Source: Prorocentrum cordatum (lineage: Eukaryota). Taken from it: a DNA stretch of 64,000 nt. The position numbers and the translations under genes are program-made. Each line of letters starts with the position of its first letter. Position 1 is the first letter of the stretch. The DNA lies in contig CAUYUJ010000070.1 of the NCBI GenBank assembly GCA_963575745.1, positions 310,001 through 374,000 on the forward strand, read 5' to 3'. The notes beneath the pieces are model-generated. The model was not told the origin of the DNA. It made no database searches and saw only the letters and a program-made list of their open reading frames with translations. This document shows positions 1 to 13,629 of this stretch, piece by piece.

Positions 1-59
1 CCAGCCGTGTTGCCTCTCCTACTGCGGGGTTCATCGTAACTGCCCGCCTTGTTTACTGT

Positions 60-225
60 GGAGGCCCATGCCAAGAAGCACCCTGCTTGCCTCCAGGGTT
101 CCCTTGGTTTCTTGGGTTTTTATGTTTGCGCTATGAAAGGCGTGACGTTTCCCACCAAAAATCATTGGACGTCCTGGCAGGGATGGGTTTCTTGTGGAGG
201 TTTCTTGTGGACTGCCTCCACTGTA
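60..225 (+). repeat. Dispersed repeat; second copy at ~23072-23235
   Basis: ggcccatgccaagaa..caccctgcttgcc..aaaaatca.tggacgtcctgg..ggtttcttgtgg shared. Confidence 0.75.
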
Positions 226-1089
226 CGTGGAAGGGGACTGGAAGGGCGGACGGACAATCGAGGGATGCCACCAGTACACCGACCTCGACCAGGGCCACCC
301 TGGGCCCAGGATCGGTTGATGCGCCCTGCAGGTCCTGCTAGGGGGGCGCGTACGCCGATCCCGATCCCAGGGTTGGCCTGTCAACGATAGTGTAGAGTTG
401 GCGTCCTCCTGACAGGAGGAGGGGGAGGAGGAGGAGGAGGAGGAGGAGGAGGAGGAGGGAGGAGGAGGAGGGAGATGATGGGGAGGGAATGGAGGAATCG
501 GAGGAGGAGGTGGAGGAGAAGGAGAAGGAGGAGGAGGAGGAGGAGGAGGAGGAGGATGTCACCAGATGGTCTCTAGAGGTAAACAGAGGCCTCCAGGTAC
601 CCCCGCGCCCGCCCACCCACCACCTGCCCTGCCGCCTGCCTCCTTCGTCCTTCTCCCTGGAAGATCGAAGCGGATCCAGCCGCCGCGACGCAAATCCTCC
701 CAGAGACCCCCCAAAACATTGAATCACATCGATATGTAGGTTTCGATCCTAATCCTTAGGATCGAAACTCCAGACCTCGAGGTGTCTGAGGAACTCAGGA
801 CCTAAGGAACCTCGAGGTCTGGGCAGGGGCTGGGATGGGGGCGGGGGAACGAGGGGTAGGAGAAGCGAGGAGGACGAGGAGGAGGATGAAGACGAGGGGT
901 TGGGAATGAGAAAGGAAGATGAGCAGGAAGAGGAGGGGAGGAGAAAGGAAGAGGAGGTGGGGGGAGGGGAAGGAGGGCAGGGGAGAAGGAGGAGGAGGTA
1001 AGAGGAGTAGGGGGACCGATGCCTCCTCGCTGCCTCGTCCACACCTCCGCCCTGCCTCGTTGCCCTCCCTCCCTTGTCTTCTGCCCTGG

Positions 1090-1445
1090 TGGCGCCGTCT
1101 TGGGGGCCTCGTAGGCCCTCTTGGGGCCCTCTGGGGCTGCGTGGGGTTCCTCTTGGGTGCCTCTAGGGCCGTCTGGGGGTGGACTTGGGGGCCTTTGTGG
1201 CCGTCTTGGAGCGTCGACGCCCGACAAGGCGAGAACGCCAAGATCGCTGACAAACCGTACGACGATACATGATTCGGGCATCTTGGGGCCCGCTTTGGCT
1301 GTCTTTTGGAGCCCGGCGTCTTGGGGCCTCATAAGTCGTCTGCAGGCTATCTGGGACATGTTGGAGCGCTCTTTGGGCCACTCGGCGCCTTCCTGGACCG
1401 TCTTGGGGGCCCCTTGAGGCCCCGTTTGGCCCATCCGGGGCCCAC
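1090..1445 (+). repeat. TTGGGGCC/TCTTGG-rich dispersed repeat; related tracts at ~41560-41880 and ~59460-59990
   Basis: Shared degenerate short units and ggcgagaacgc motif. Confidence 0.7.
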
Positions 1446-2269
1446 CTTGACCTGCGGAAGTCACGCGGGCGGGAGACAGAGCGTCTGCGAGACTCGGAGC
1501 GCCTGGGCACGAGGCCGCCCCTTTGTGGCTGGTCTGAGGGGGGGGGGGGCTATGCCTGCTCGTCTCGGGGGGGGGGGGGGGGCGACCCCCTCCCGCTCAC
1601 TACGAAGTCCGGAGTGTCCACTTCCTTGGGTCCCTGGGCGTCGGCGCCACGCGCAGTTCCCCGCCTCCCGCCGCGCAGAGCCGAGCGGCACGGCATTATC
1701 CGCCGACGGGGCATGGCGTGTCCCAGGGGGGGGGGGCGCCGCCGCGGCAATACGTCATTCCACAGGAGAGGAAAAAACACACAGACACAATGAATCGTCG
1801 ACTCCGGGGAAGATATGGGACAATATGGGAAGTGGGAGGGAAGACAGAAACCCAAAAAGTATTGGGGAAGATTGGGCATCCTGTTATCTGTGTCTATATG
1901 TATTTGTGTGTCCCTGGGCCACTTCAAGTCCAAAATTCGTAACCAGGGGGTCGCAGCCCTCCCAGGCGAGCCGTTCCAGAGCCACCCCCCAGACCAGCCA
2001 CGAGAGAGTGGCCTTTTTGTTGCCCAGGAGCCCCTCTGGAACCCTCCAGGGCAGCCCAGATCAGACCCCATCCCCCACACACGATCCCCCACTTTTCGTG
2101 TGACATTTGGGATCAGCTTGAGTCGGGCGTGTCCCTCTACAGGGGGAAGATCCCCAAATAGTTACAACAGATTTCATGGACGATGTGCTGAGTATTTTTG
2201 GCAATTGGTTCCATATTTATGTTGCATATTTTTCCGTCCAGATCCGCCTGCAGGGGGACATGCCCGACC

Positions 2270-2632
2270 TAAGAGTAAGCAATCCCCACCGTATGTGAGG
2301 CGTCCCAGAGACGTCTCGCCTTCAAGGGTCGAAGGGGCTGCCACCTCCTGCCCCGCGGAAGGCGGCGGAGGTGAAACGAGGCGGGGGGACGTGCCTGGCC
2401 TGAGAGTAAGCAATCCCCACCGTATGTGAGGCGTCCCAGAGACGTCTCGCCTTCAAGGGTCGAAGGGGCTGCCACCTCTGGCCCCGCGGAAGGCGGCGGA
2501 GGCAGAACGAGGCCTGGCCTGAGAGTAAGCAGTCCCCACCGTATGTGAGGCGTTCCAGGGACGTCTCGCCTTCAAGGGTCGAAGGGGCTGCCACCTCTTG
2601 CCCCGCGGAAGGCGGCGGAGGTGAAACGAGGG
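2270..2632. repeat. Three tandem ~120-130-bp units
   Basis: gagtaagcaatccccaccgtatgtgaggcg... three times. Confidence 0.9.
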
Positions 2633-3535
2633 GGGCCTCCGCCAGCGGAGGCGGGCGGACGGCGGACGGAAGCCGGCAGGGGTAGAAATCAGCCTCGCAG
2701 GCGACGGCCAGGTTTCTCCCTGAAAGGGCACTGGCCCAGGGTTTCCTGTCAGTGGGTCAACCTCGTCCCCCCGCGCCATACCTGAAGAGGGCCAGCTCAT
2801 TTCCGCCCGATTCAAAGAAAACGAGATGGGGTCCCGGGACAAATCGTTCCGCGCGTGCCCGCTCGAGGAAAGTGGTGCTCCCGATTGACGATGCCTGAAG
2901 GAATCCGCAGACCCCCGTTTTCCTTAGTTCAAAAACCGGTGCGGAGCGTTTTGTTCAGAGTCCTTGCTAAATAACAACGTCCGGAGACTCTGAAATTGTA
3001 CACAAAATTGAAGCATGTTGACTTTGTGCGTGTCCGCTCGAGGACGGCGCGTCCTGCGCGCAAAACTCTCGAGGATGTCTCGAACGAAACGCTTGTTTTG
3101 CAGAACTCGAGGGGCATGGGAGCCCCAGGATACCCAAGTCGTTCTGGGAGTGTGGTCGCACCGTCATTCACAACGGAACGTTGGCCTGGGTGGGCGGACG
3201 CCGCATAATTTACGATGGATCCTGGCCCTGGAAGCGCGGGCGCAGTGTAATTTACTAGGGATCGTAGCCTTGGGTGGAAGGGTACGGCGTAATTTACCAG
3301 GGATGCTGCTCTCTGGGGGCGCGGACACCGTGTGATTTACAAGGATTGGGCATCGTGGCCCTGAACGCGTGACGCAGTGTAATTTTCAGCTAATCGTGGC
3401 CCTGAAAGCGTGACTCTCGTAAAATGAGCGAAGGAACGCGACCCTGGGAGCACGAATGAAGTGTAGTTTACGAGGGATCCTCAGCGTGATTCACCAGGGA
3501 TCGTGGCTCTCGGGCCCTTTCCCTGGCGCCTCCCA

Positions 3536-3866
3536 GGGGCACGTCACGCGGCGCGTCCCCTGGCACGTCCCCTGGCACGTCCCCTGGCACGTCCCGTGGC
3601 GCGACCCCTGGCACACCGCGTTGCGAGTCCCCTGGCACGTCCCCTGGCGCGTCCCCTGACACTTCCCCTGGCACGTCCCCTGGCACGTCCCGTGGCGCGA
3701 CCCCTGGCACACCGCGCGGCGAGTCCCCTGGCACGTCCCCTGGCACGTCCACTGGCACTTCCCCGGGCACGTCCCCTGGCACGTCCCGTGGCGCAACCCC
3801 TGGCACACCGCGCGGCGAGTCCCCTGGCACGTCCCCTGGCACGTCCACTGGCACGTTCCATGGCAC
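3536..3866. repeat. 12-bp CCCCTGGCACGT minisatellite (related tract at ~12900-13025)
   Basis: Directly visible. Confidence 0.9.
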
Positions 3867-4939
3867 AGAAGCACCATCATTGATATCTCCAGCACTGCAA
3901 CTGCCCATCGCCCACTTGAGGTGCCTGGACGCGTCTCCAGGCTCCGCAGTTGTGCATCCTTTTCAGGGTTCGTGAGTCGACCACTCTTGGCCCAGGGCTT
4001 AAGACCCTGAGCCAAGAAAACCTTGCCATCTGCCCACCATGCTGCGGGTTCCGAAAACCTCAGGAACCCGTCACACAGTGGGCGGGGGGGAGTCACGACG
4101 TCCGAGATCTGAGCCCCTCCCCTCGTACTGCCCAGGGGCGCGGCGCGCCAGCCGGGCCGCCGCCGCCGCTGCTCTTCGCGCGGGCCCCGGCGGGCCCGCG
4201 GACTCCGCTGGCCGGCGAGCTGCAGGGGAGCGAGCCGGAGCTGTCGGAGGAGCACCCGTACCAGGAGGGGTGGGCTGGGGCAGGCAGGGCCGCCTTCGAT
4301 GCGACGCGGTGCGCTTCGATTCGCCGGCCGGGGCCGCGATTCCGATTCGATATTCGATTCGGTCGGATGTTCACCGGCACCAGCCGAGACCTCCGGGCGC
4401 TTGGCGCAGCGATTCGCTTTCGCTTCGATTCGGGACGAGCCGTTGGCGATCCGATCCGTTTCCGATCCGATCCGATCTGGCAGTGCTGGCGGAGGTCGTC
4501 GAGGTCTTCGTCGTTGGGAGGCCACCGCCTTCTAAGAAGCACCCCGCCCTCTTAGAAAGGCCACCCCGCTCGCGTTGTCTACCCTCCTGTGCGCGCCGAG
4601 CGGGAGGAGGAGGGGGGGAGGAGGAAAGAGGGCGACACCACAGGCAGACGGGCCTGGCCGAGGGCCTGAAGAGAACGGCCACCCGCGACGAGGATGCGGA
4701 CACTTCGGCGGCGGCGCTGGTCAGCCAGAGCAGCGTTGTGCACAAAGAGTTATTGCTTCGCTTGCCAAGTTCAGCCACGCTCAGAAGGGGAGCAGGGGGA
4801 GGGGGGAGGGCTTCTTCGAAGGAGGCTGACTCTTGGAAGGCGCGGGCCTGATCTATAGGTGTAAGGCCAGCGCCTTCCAAGAAGCAGCCTCCTTCAAAGA
4901 AGCCCTCCCCCCTCCCCCCATCCCCCTTCTGCTCACCGC

Positions 4940-5650
4940 CAACAATCAGGAGGGGAAAAAACACACAGACACAATGAATCCTCGATTCCCCAGAAAATAC
5001 GGGAAAATATGGGAAGTGGGGGGGAAGACAAAAACCCGGAAAATATGGGAAAATATGGGGGAATAATTTTATTTGTGTGTATTTATTTGTGTGTCCCAGT
5101 TCCCCTTCAAGCAAGTCGTTGCGCGGGTTCCCCAATTTTGGGCCCGTGGCCCGCCCGTCGGCGCGCCTCGTGGGCGCGCCCTGCGCTGGCTGTGGGTGGC
5201 CCGGTCTTCTCGCCCCGTGGGGGGTCCTCGTGCGCTCGCTGGCGCCGCCTGCGGCCCGGGTCTCGCCGGCGTGGAAAACACGCACAGTCACAAATCAGGA
5301 GGGGAAAAAAACACACAGACACAATTAATCCTCGATTCCAAAGAAAATATGGGAAAATATGGGAATTGGGCGGGAAGACCAAAACCAAGAAAATATGGGA
5401 AAATATGGGGGATCTGTTTATTTGTGTGTATTTATTTGTGTGTCCCAGGGCCTCTTCAACAAAGAATCACCGATCCCGAGAGAAAATGAGGGGGAGCATG
5501 TGGGAAGACCCGGAAAAGAGGGGGGGAAGACGGCGACCAGGAAAAATACGCACAAAACTATGCGGAGTCATGGGGCGTGTGCCTATTTGTTTGTGTGCCC
5601 CTCGGTCGTTTTTTTGGGGGGGTTTTGTTTGTGTTTTTTAATATTTTTTA
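4940..5650 (+). repeat. Dispersed repeat family (aaaaacacacagacacaatgaatc...aaaatatgggaa...tatttgtgtgtccc); copies also at ~1768-1940 and ~8770-8940
   Basis: Shared blocks visible. Confidence 0.8.
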
Positions 5651-5959
5651 ACATCCGCGGCGAGCTGGGTGCAGCAGGCAGTCGGCAATCGGCGGGGGCG
5701 CGCCGGCAGCGAGCCGCGCACGCAGGGGCAGGAGGGGCAGGAGCGAAGGGGGGCGGCCGCGGGACGGCAAGGCGCGCCCGCAGGGCACGCAACGCCCCGG
5801 GAGGTGCTGGGCTTCGGGACAGCAGAGGCCCCCCCCGCTGATTCGAGCGTTGCTCGGGGGCGGCAAAGAGGGGGGTGATGACTAACCCCAGGAAGCATTC
5901 AAGAACGCCCCCCCCCCCCCCTTCCGCAATCGATCCTTCCGCACCATCATCCATATCCG

Positions 5960-5960
<1 letters not shown>

Positions 5961-6038
<78 letters not shown>
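5961..6038. repeat. (CAT)n microsatellite
   Basis: Directly visible. Confidence 0.98.
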
Positions 6039-7870
6039 GTGTCCGGGTGCTACAGCTATCGTTCGGTTATTTCGGCCCTTCGGAATATCGAATAAAAAAT
6101 GCGGTGCTACGATATCGCCGGGGGGGTTCTTAAATGCTTCCTGGGGTTAAGGGGGGGGTGGATGTCATGGCGGGGGCCATGATATTTCCCCCCAGATTTC
6201 ATGGCGCCTCTTCTCATTTCATTGCGTCCCTGCGTCCCCCCGCTGGGCCGCGCACGTGCCGCCGGTTATGGTTTGCACCCCCCCCTCTTGGACACCCCCC
6301 TCTTGGCCGCTCCCGAGTTGCTGGAGGTGCCCCTGGCCCAGGGTGCCCCCAGGATTTCCAAGGAGTCCCCCACGCCCTCCAGAGCGTGCCTCGCGAGGCC
6401 CAGGGGGCCCCTGACTTTCAAGCTGGGGCAAGACGCCGGGGGCACACCTTTTAGCAATCCTCGACATGTGGAGCGTTCCACAAACGGGCCTCATCTTCGA
6501 GGATCGATGGGGTTGGCATCTTCTTTTCCTCGGCGGGGCGCCGCGGAAGGTCGGCGGAAGGCGACGGAAGGCGGCGGAAGGTCGGCGGAAGGCGGCCAAA
6601 GTACAACGAAGCCGGCTCCGTCGGCAGAAGCTTTTGGCAGTGCGGCGGAAGCCGGCGGAAGTAGAGGATTCGCCCCCAAGAGAGCGTGCAACATGGTTTG
6701 ATGCGTCTTGGTGGAATTGCAGGTTTTCGTCGCCGTAGCTGGTCGCGGTATGGCCGCCAGGGAAGGCTGGAAATCAACGGATTAGGTCAGAGAAGGGCAG
6801 GGATTGGTCTGCTTTTCTCTGCCCCCATCATCGCCCATTCGTGGAGCATTCAGCTAACACTGGGTCGTTGGTTGTGCTCCGTGCTTGTTTTGCTCATGTG
6901 TCTATATGTTTTTCTTTCTCGTTCGTTTTCTCGCTCTCTCTCTCTCTCTCTCGCTCTCGTTCTTTGTCTTTCCCTGTCTTCATGTAGTCATTCCACGTTT
7001 GTTTCATTATCGCTCTCTTTCATTTTCTCTTAGTTCTCTCTCTCTCGTTACCTTTCTTGTTTTTTGATATAAAAATCCATGTGTATATATATACACATAT
7101 ATAACTATACTGATATATATATATATATACATATATATCCGTATATTAGACATGCAAGAAAAAAACCTCGTATTCGAGTATCGAAGGCGTTGCCGTTTTG
7201 TCATGGGCGAAAGGCGGATGACGATTGCGGAAGTAAGACGGGGGCGGTTTCGCCGGTGGAAGTTCGGTGGCAGGCGTCGGAAGTAAGAGTTAATGCCCCA
7301 AGAGATGGCACAGTCTTTGGTTCAGGGTCTCTTTTTTTCTTGATGCGTATATATAAACATGTGCGCGTGTGTGTGTATATGTCTGGATCCCTTCAGACCA
7401 GATGCCTCTTTCTCTCTCTCTCTCTCTCTTTCTGTTTCTCTTCTTCTCTCCCTGAGTCTTCCCCTCTCCCTCCCATAGCTTTCATAGACATGCCCAGCCC
7501 TCGGGGCTGGCATGCCCCAGACGGTGTCATCGTGACCCTTCCCGAAGGGTGGTGGTCCCGAGCATGCGGCAGGCCCCATGCGTCTTCGGACATGCCGAAA
7601 GTTGCTCGTGGGCCCGGCGCCCCGCGGCGCAGCTGGGGCTCGACGACGAGTGCCTCGAAGAAGCTGTGCTGTTGCCCCAATTCACCTCCTCCTCCTCCTC
7701 CTCCTCCTTCTCCTCCTCCTCCTCCTCCTCCTCCTCCTCCTCCTCCTCCTCCTCCTCCTCCTCCTCCTCCCCCTTGCCCCGTAGTCTTTCAAAGGGGGCG
7801 CGCCCCGCGGTGGGAGGTAACGCCTGGCGGGACGGGAGGGCACCATTGCAGCATCTTGGGGGGGGGGGTC

Positions 7871-8607
7871 AAACAGGGCTAGGATCGGGATAAATCGCTC
7901 CAGAGCGTTCCGGAGCGCTCTCAGAGCGTTCCGGAACGCTCTGGGCGCCCGCGGCGCCCAATACATCCTCCAAACCCGCCGATTCTCAGAGATTTCGAGT
8001 TATCCCGATCCGATTTTGTCCTGAGCTTCGCGTCGTTTTAGGGGGGGGCGCCCGCGATCCGATCGAGCGGGCGACCCGCGCGGTGCCCGCGAGCGGCTGC
8101 GGCGGTCGCCTCGAGAAGCGGCGGGCGCGCCGCGGAGGGCGCGGGCCCGCCAGCAGGTGGCCCCCCCGCAAGCCTCCCTCCTCCTCCTCCTCCTCCTCCT
8201 CCTCCTCCCCTCCTCCTCCCCTCCTCCTCCTCCTCCTCCTCCTCCTCCTCCTCCTCCTCCTCCTCCTCCTCCTCCTCTCCTCCTCCTCCTCCTCCTCCTC
8301 CTCCTCCTCCTCCTCCTCGTTCTCCTCCTCCTCCTCCTCCTCCTCCTCCTCCTCGCACTGGGCGCGCAGCCGGTCCGGGGGGAGGCCCGCAGAAGCCTCG
8401 GGGCAGCCCAGGAATCGACTAGACGTACGACTAGACTAAAACGACGCGAAGATCGGGACAAAATCGGATCGGGATAACTCGAAATCTTTGAGAATCGGCG
8501 GGTTTGGAGGATGTATCGGGCGCCGCGGCCGCTCCAGAGCGTTCCGGAACGCTCTGAGAGCGCTCCGGAACGCTCTGGAGCGATTTATCCCGATCCTAGC
8601 TCTGTTT
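7871..8607. mobile_element. Foldback/MITE-like element with ~170-bp near-perfect TIRs around a (CCT)n core
   Basis: 7871-8041 is the reverse complement of 8436-8607 (aaacagggctaggatcgggataaatcgctccagagcgttccgg...). No clear TSD. Confidence 0.8.
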
Positions 8608-9039
8608 TATAGACGTAAGAGTGACCTTGCGCCGGAGTGACCTCTGGTGCGGACCCAGTGGGGCCCCCCGATCGCCGAGCGCGACGCGATAGCAGCGCCC
8701 TGCGCGCCTGTGTCTGGCCCCCCCGCGGCCCCCAGAAAGCCGCGCACCAGAGGTCACTCTTACCCGCACAGTCACAGAGGATCATCGATCCCAGGGGAAA
8801 GATGGGGAACAGATGGGAAGACCCGGAAAAGGGGGAAGACGAAGACCAGGAAGTACGTACAATTATATGCGGAGTCATGGGACGTGTGCCTATTTGTTTG
8901 TGTGCCCCTCGGTCTTTTGTGCTGTTTTTTTAAATCCGCGGCGAGGGTCGCTCCTGCGTTTGGCCACAGGAAGCGCACGTCTCGGCAGGGGAGGTGCCCC
9001 CAGAACTCCCCAAGCGCGGTGCTCTCGCCTGCGCAGCGG

Positions 9040-9650
9040 TCGTGTTCTTCGTCACTGGTCTGCCGATCGGATCGGCGGGGGCCCTCGCACGCCCCCGTTG
9101 TCCCCCCCCCCCCCCCATGGAGCAGATCTTGGCTGCCCCAGGATTCCCCCAAGCAGTGCTTTCACTCACGCAGTGGTCGTTTCCTTCGTCACTGGTTTGC
9201 CGGTCCGCGGGGGTTCTCGCATTTTCCCGTTGTCCCCGCCCCCCCCCCCATGGAGCAGATCTTGGCTGCCCCAGGATTCCCCCCAACAGTGCTTGCACTC
9301 ACGCAGTGGTCGTTTCCTTCGTCACCGGTTTGCCGGTCGGCGAGGGTTCTCGCACTTTCCCGTTGTCCCCGCCCCCCCCCCCCCATGGAGCAGATCTTGG
9401 CTGCCCCAGGATCCCCCACAGTGGTTTCACTCACGCAATGGTCGTTTCCTTCGTCACTGGTTTGCCGGTCGGCGGGGGTTATCGCACCCTCCCGTTCTCC
9501 TTGCCCCCCCCCATGGAGCAGATTTTGGCTGTCCCAGGATTCCCCAAACAGTGCTTTCACGCAGTGATCGTTTTCTCATTCGTTGTCTTGCCGATCGGCA
9601 CGGGCCCTCGCACGCCCCCCTCCCCCCCCATGGAGTAGATCTTGGCTGTG
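9040..9650. repeat. Tandem ~130-bp units
   Basis: ccccccatggagcagatcttggctgccccaggattcccc repeated about five times. Confidence 0.9.
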
Positions 9651-12129
9651 TTCGGCGCCTGCCTCCAGCGGGTGGGGTCTCCCCCCATCGGACGCACTGT
9701 TGCAAGCAGTGGCGCTAAGCAGAGGTCCGGAGCCAGACCCCCCCCCTCCCCCCAGCGGGATCGAGGACGGCAGGGAAGTGGCCCCATGCGGCGCCCCCTA
9801 GCCGGACCACATGCTGCCACCGCAGGCCCACAAGGCGCACGAAAGATGTTCCTCCTCCTCCTCCTCCTCCTCCTCCTCCTCCTCCTCCTCCAGCTCCTCC
9901 TCCTCCTCCTCCTCCTCCTCCTCCTCCTCCTCCTCCCGCCCTTCTGCCCAATGTCGAAACGCCGAAGAAGAACACGTTCACTTGGGGGTTCTTGCTCTTG
10001 TTGCTCCAGTCGCTTGCTGGGTGCTCCAGCTTTTCGCCGCGTGCTCGCCCGTGCAGCCTCGTGGGCGCCCCGCGCCCGAGGGGTTTATGCCGAGGTCGCA
10101 CCACGCTGCTGCCCGTGCCGCCTCCCCGTCGAGGTACCCCCCCCCCCCCAGGGAGGAGTCCCGGGTGATGGGCAAATGTTCCACCACCGCTACCATATGC
10201 AGGACGGGGGAGAAGGGAGGACGAGGGAGTCCTCTTCCTCCTCCTCCTCCTCCTCCTCTTCCTCCTCCTCCTCCTCCTCCTCCTCCTCCTCCTCCGCCTC
10301 CTCCTCCGCCTTCTCCTTCTCCTCTTCCTTCTCCTCCTCCTCCTCCTCCTTCTCCTTCTCCTCCTTCTCCTCCCTCTCCTACATATGGTAGTGGTGGTTG
10401 AAAATGGGCCCATCACCGGGTGGAGCATGCTTGGCGAGAGGTGCCCATCCAGGGCCAGGCCGCGAAGGGAAAATTGGCCAGGGCCGGAGGAGGTTGGGCG
10501 GGCGGGCCCCGGCCGTTTGTCCCTGTCACGTGCCCTGCAGACCTACACACAGGCCGAGGTATAAGGTCGAGGTCGGTTCGGGAAGGGCACCCTGGTGTTC
10601 TTCGTGGTTGTTGGATGTCCCTGTGCATCCTGGAGATGGCACCCTTGTATGTGCTGTTTGCTTTGGCCGACGGACGGTCTCATGTTCTTGAGGGATGTTC
10701 TTCTGGCCTACAGTCGGGGCCCTGAAGAAGGAACCCTTTTCGTTGGGGAGGGGCGTAAGTGTTTCACAGCTTGCCTCAGGTTTTCCGATGTTCTCGATAG
10801 GGAATCGAAGTTTAACTTATGGAAAAAAGGGGCCTCGTTCCTTAGGTCAACGCCCCGACTGTAGGTCGACTGTAGCTGCTGGACATGGCCACGGGTCGCT
10901 GTCTCCCCGGCGCGGATCCTGCAGAGTGCACTGCTGGTTCCGCGGGGTGCGGCGGGTGGGCCGGAGCTCCCGCCCCACCGTGGCGTGGCCGGGGTGGCTG
11001 GGGTGCAGTGGTGCATTTCGCCGCCTCGCAGCATCGTGGGTCGTCTCGGGCGCCACAGCAACCCAACGACTTCCGACCTGGTCGGGAGCCCGAGCACCGC
11101 TTCGTCCTCGCTCCTCCTCAGTCCTCCTTCTCCCTCCTTCTGGCTCCCTCCTCTTTATCATGATTATTTCCCTCCTCTTCCTCTTCCCATCCTCCTCTTC
11201 ATTACCCTCCTTCCGACCTGGTCGGTCCGACTGTACAAGCGCGCGCCGCTTTTCCCCCCTCGTGACCTCTCGAGCTCTGCCGAGATCGTAGCCCCCGGCC
11301 ACCCCGCACGAGGGCGGCAAGCAAGCGCGCGCACGCGGCGCCGCGGCCGCGGCCGCCGGGCACAATGCTGGGCCTGGCCGCGCGCGCCCTGCTGCTGGCG
11401 CCCCTCGCCGGCGCCGCGCTCCGCAACGGCCCTCCGAGGGAGGAGGGGAGGGCTCGCCGGGGAGGGGGAGGAGGAGGAGGAGGAGGAGGAGGAGGGAGGA
11501 GGAGGAGGAGGAGGAGAGAGGAGGAGGAGGAGGGAGGAGGAGGAGGAGGAGGAGGAGCGAGGAGGAGGAGGAGGGGAGGGCGGAGGAGGAGAGGAGGAGG
11601 GAGGAGGCGGAGGAGGAGGAGGAGGAGGAGGACCCTGAGAGCATGGCGTCGCATTTTTTCCGAGCCGGGCGTCTTCGCCTGGTAACGGGCCCCAGGACCC
11701 TAGCAGATCGATCGGGCTCGAAAGATGGTGACAAAGATGGGGTCCAGGATTTTGGTCGTGATTCCTTCAGGTGTTTCATTTTCGCTCGCGCCGTCGGATC
11801 TCAGGGGGGGAGGAAGGGGGAGGAGGGGGGGGGAAGAGGAGGGGGAGGAAGAGGAGGAGGAGGAGGAGAAGGAGGAGAAGGAGGGGGAGGACCTCCTGAT
11901 CCTCCCTTCTCCCTCCCACCCCCCCAGGGATTGGGGACATGGTTACCTTGCCCCCTGGGGGTTTCTCCGCCCGTCTTGCCTGTCTTCCCGTTTACTGTTC
12001 CCGGACAGGGCATAGGCCCAGAGTTCTATTTCAGGGGTTTACCCCTGGAATCGACTTGAGGTGGGCCGGCAACTTTCTCTTGCGATACATAACAAAGAAA
12101 GGGTGGGCCGGCGAATTAAGATTTGAGAT

Positions 12130-12900
12130 GAGAATGTCCCGAGCGAAACGCTTGTTTGCAGAAATTATTGAGAATGTCTCTGGCGACACATGTGTCTTGT
12201 GTGCATAGATTGTTCTCTCCTGGGGACCAGAATGCAGAGAATCTCTCAAGTGAGATGCTTGTTTTCACGTGCCCAGGTCTTGAGGATGTCTCAAGCGAGA
12301 TGCTTGGTTTCACGCGTCCAGGTTGCCCAGGCAGATGGCTAGCACGAGGATTTGTTGACGATGTCTCGAGCGAGACGCTTGTTTTCACGCGTCCAGGTCG
12401 CCCAGGCGGATGTCAGCATGAGGATTTGTTGAGGAAATCTCAGGCGACATGCTTTTTTGCACGTGTCCAGGTTGCCCAGGCGGATGTCTAGCATGAGGAT
12501 GTGTTGAGAATGTCGTGAGCGAGGCGCTTGTTCTCACGTGTCCAGGTCGCCCAGGCGGATCTCTAACATGAAGATGTGTTGAGGATGTCTCGAGCGAGAC
12601 GTTTGTTTTCACGTGTCCAGGTCACCCAGGCGGATCTAGCATCGTTTTGAGAATGTCTCGAGCGAAACGCTTGTTTTCACGTGCCCAGGTCACCCAGGCG
12701 GACGTCTAATAGGAAGATGGTTTGAGGATATCTCGAGCGAACCACTTGTTTTCACATGTCTAGTTCGCCCAGGCGGATGTCTAGTATCATAATGTGTTGA
12801 TGATGTGTTGAGCGAAACGTTTGTTTCCACGCGTCCAGGTCGCCCATCCGGATGTCTAGCATGAGGATTTGGGCAGGATGTCTAAAGCGAAACGCTTGTC
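12130..12900. repeat. ~60-bp minisatellite (related pieces at ~3070 and ~23830-24480)
   Basis: gaggatgtctcgagcgaaacgcttgttttcacgtgtccaggtcgcccaggcggatgtctagcat units. Confidence 0.9.
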
Positions 12901-13629
12901 CCCAGCACGTTCCGTAGCGCGTCCCCTTGGCACGTCCCGCGGTGCGTCCCCATGGCACGTCCCCTGGCACGTCGCCTGGCGCGTCCCTTGGGACGGTCCG
13001 CGGCGCGTCCTCCTGGCATGTCCCCTGTCAAACAGCTCTGGGGCAGCAACTGCTTGCTCAGGCAGATCGAGCTTCAGATCCAGATCAGTTCGTCAGGCCC
13101 CGGATGCAAAGGAGGACTCGATCCACAACGCCATAGAGCACAATCGCGGCATGGCACATCGCAGTTCAGCACGGCGCAGCACAGCACAGCCCGTGGCACG
13201 GCACATCATGATCGATACGCTCAGCATTGCAATTGCTCGTCGCCCAATCAGGTGTCTTGAAACCGCTGCCATGCCGCACATTTCTATATTCCCTACCAGG
13301 TTCGTGGGTCGATCCTGTTGAGCCTCCTGGCGGGGCCCTCGCCACCACAGCTGGATTCGTCTCGAAATTCGGGTCAGAGCGCACAACGGGAGTTGTCCGG
13401 TGAGCACTGGTAGCAGTGTTTATTCTTATTTCTCCCAAATGAGGAGGACAGGGAAAAAGGTGGAGGTGGAAGAGGTGCAGAGACAGGAGACCTGTGGGGA
13501 AGATGAGGTGAAGGACCCCGTCCTCCTCCCTCATCCCCCTCGTGCTGCTCCTCCTCCGTTCTCCACCTCCGCCCGAAGCAGACCCAATGCAGCTCTGGGC
13601 GGTTTGGCCGTTTTTAACATGTACGCAAT

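Noticed and set aside
10380..11100. Non-repetitive stretch that might be a decayed retroelement (similarly ~15420-16480 and ~61960-62420)
   Set aside because: No recognisable motif in any frame by eye.
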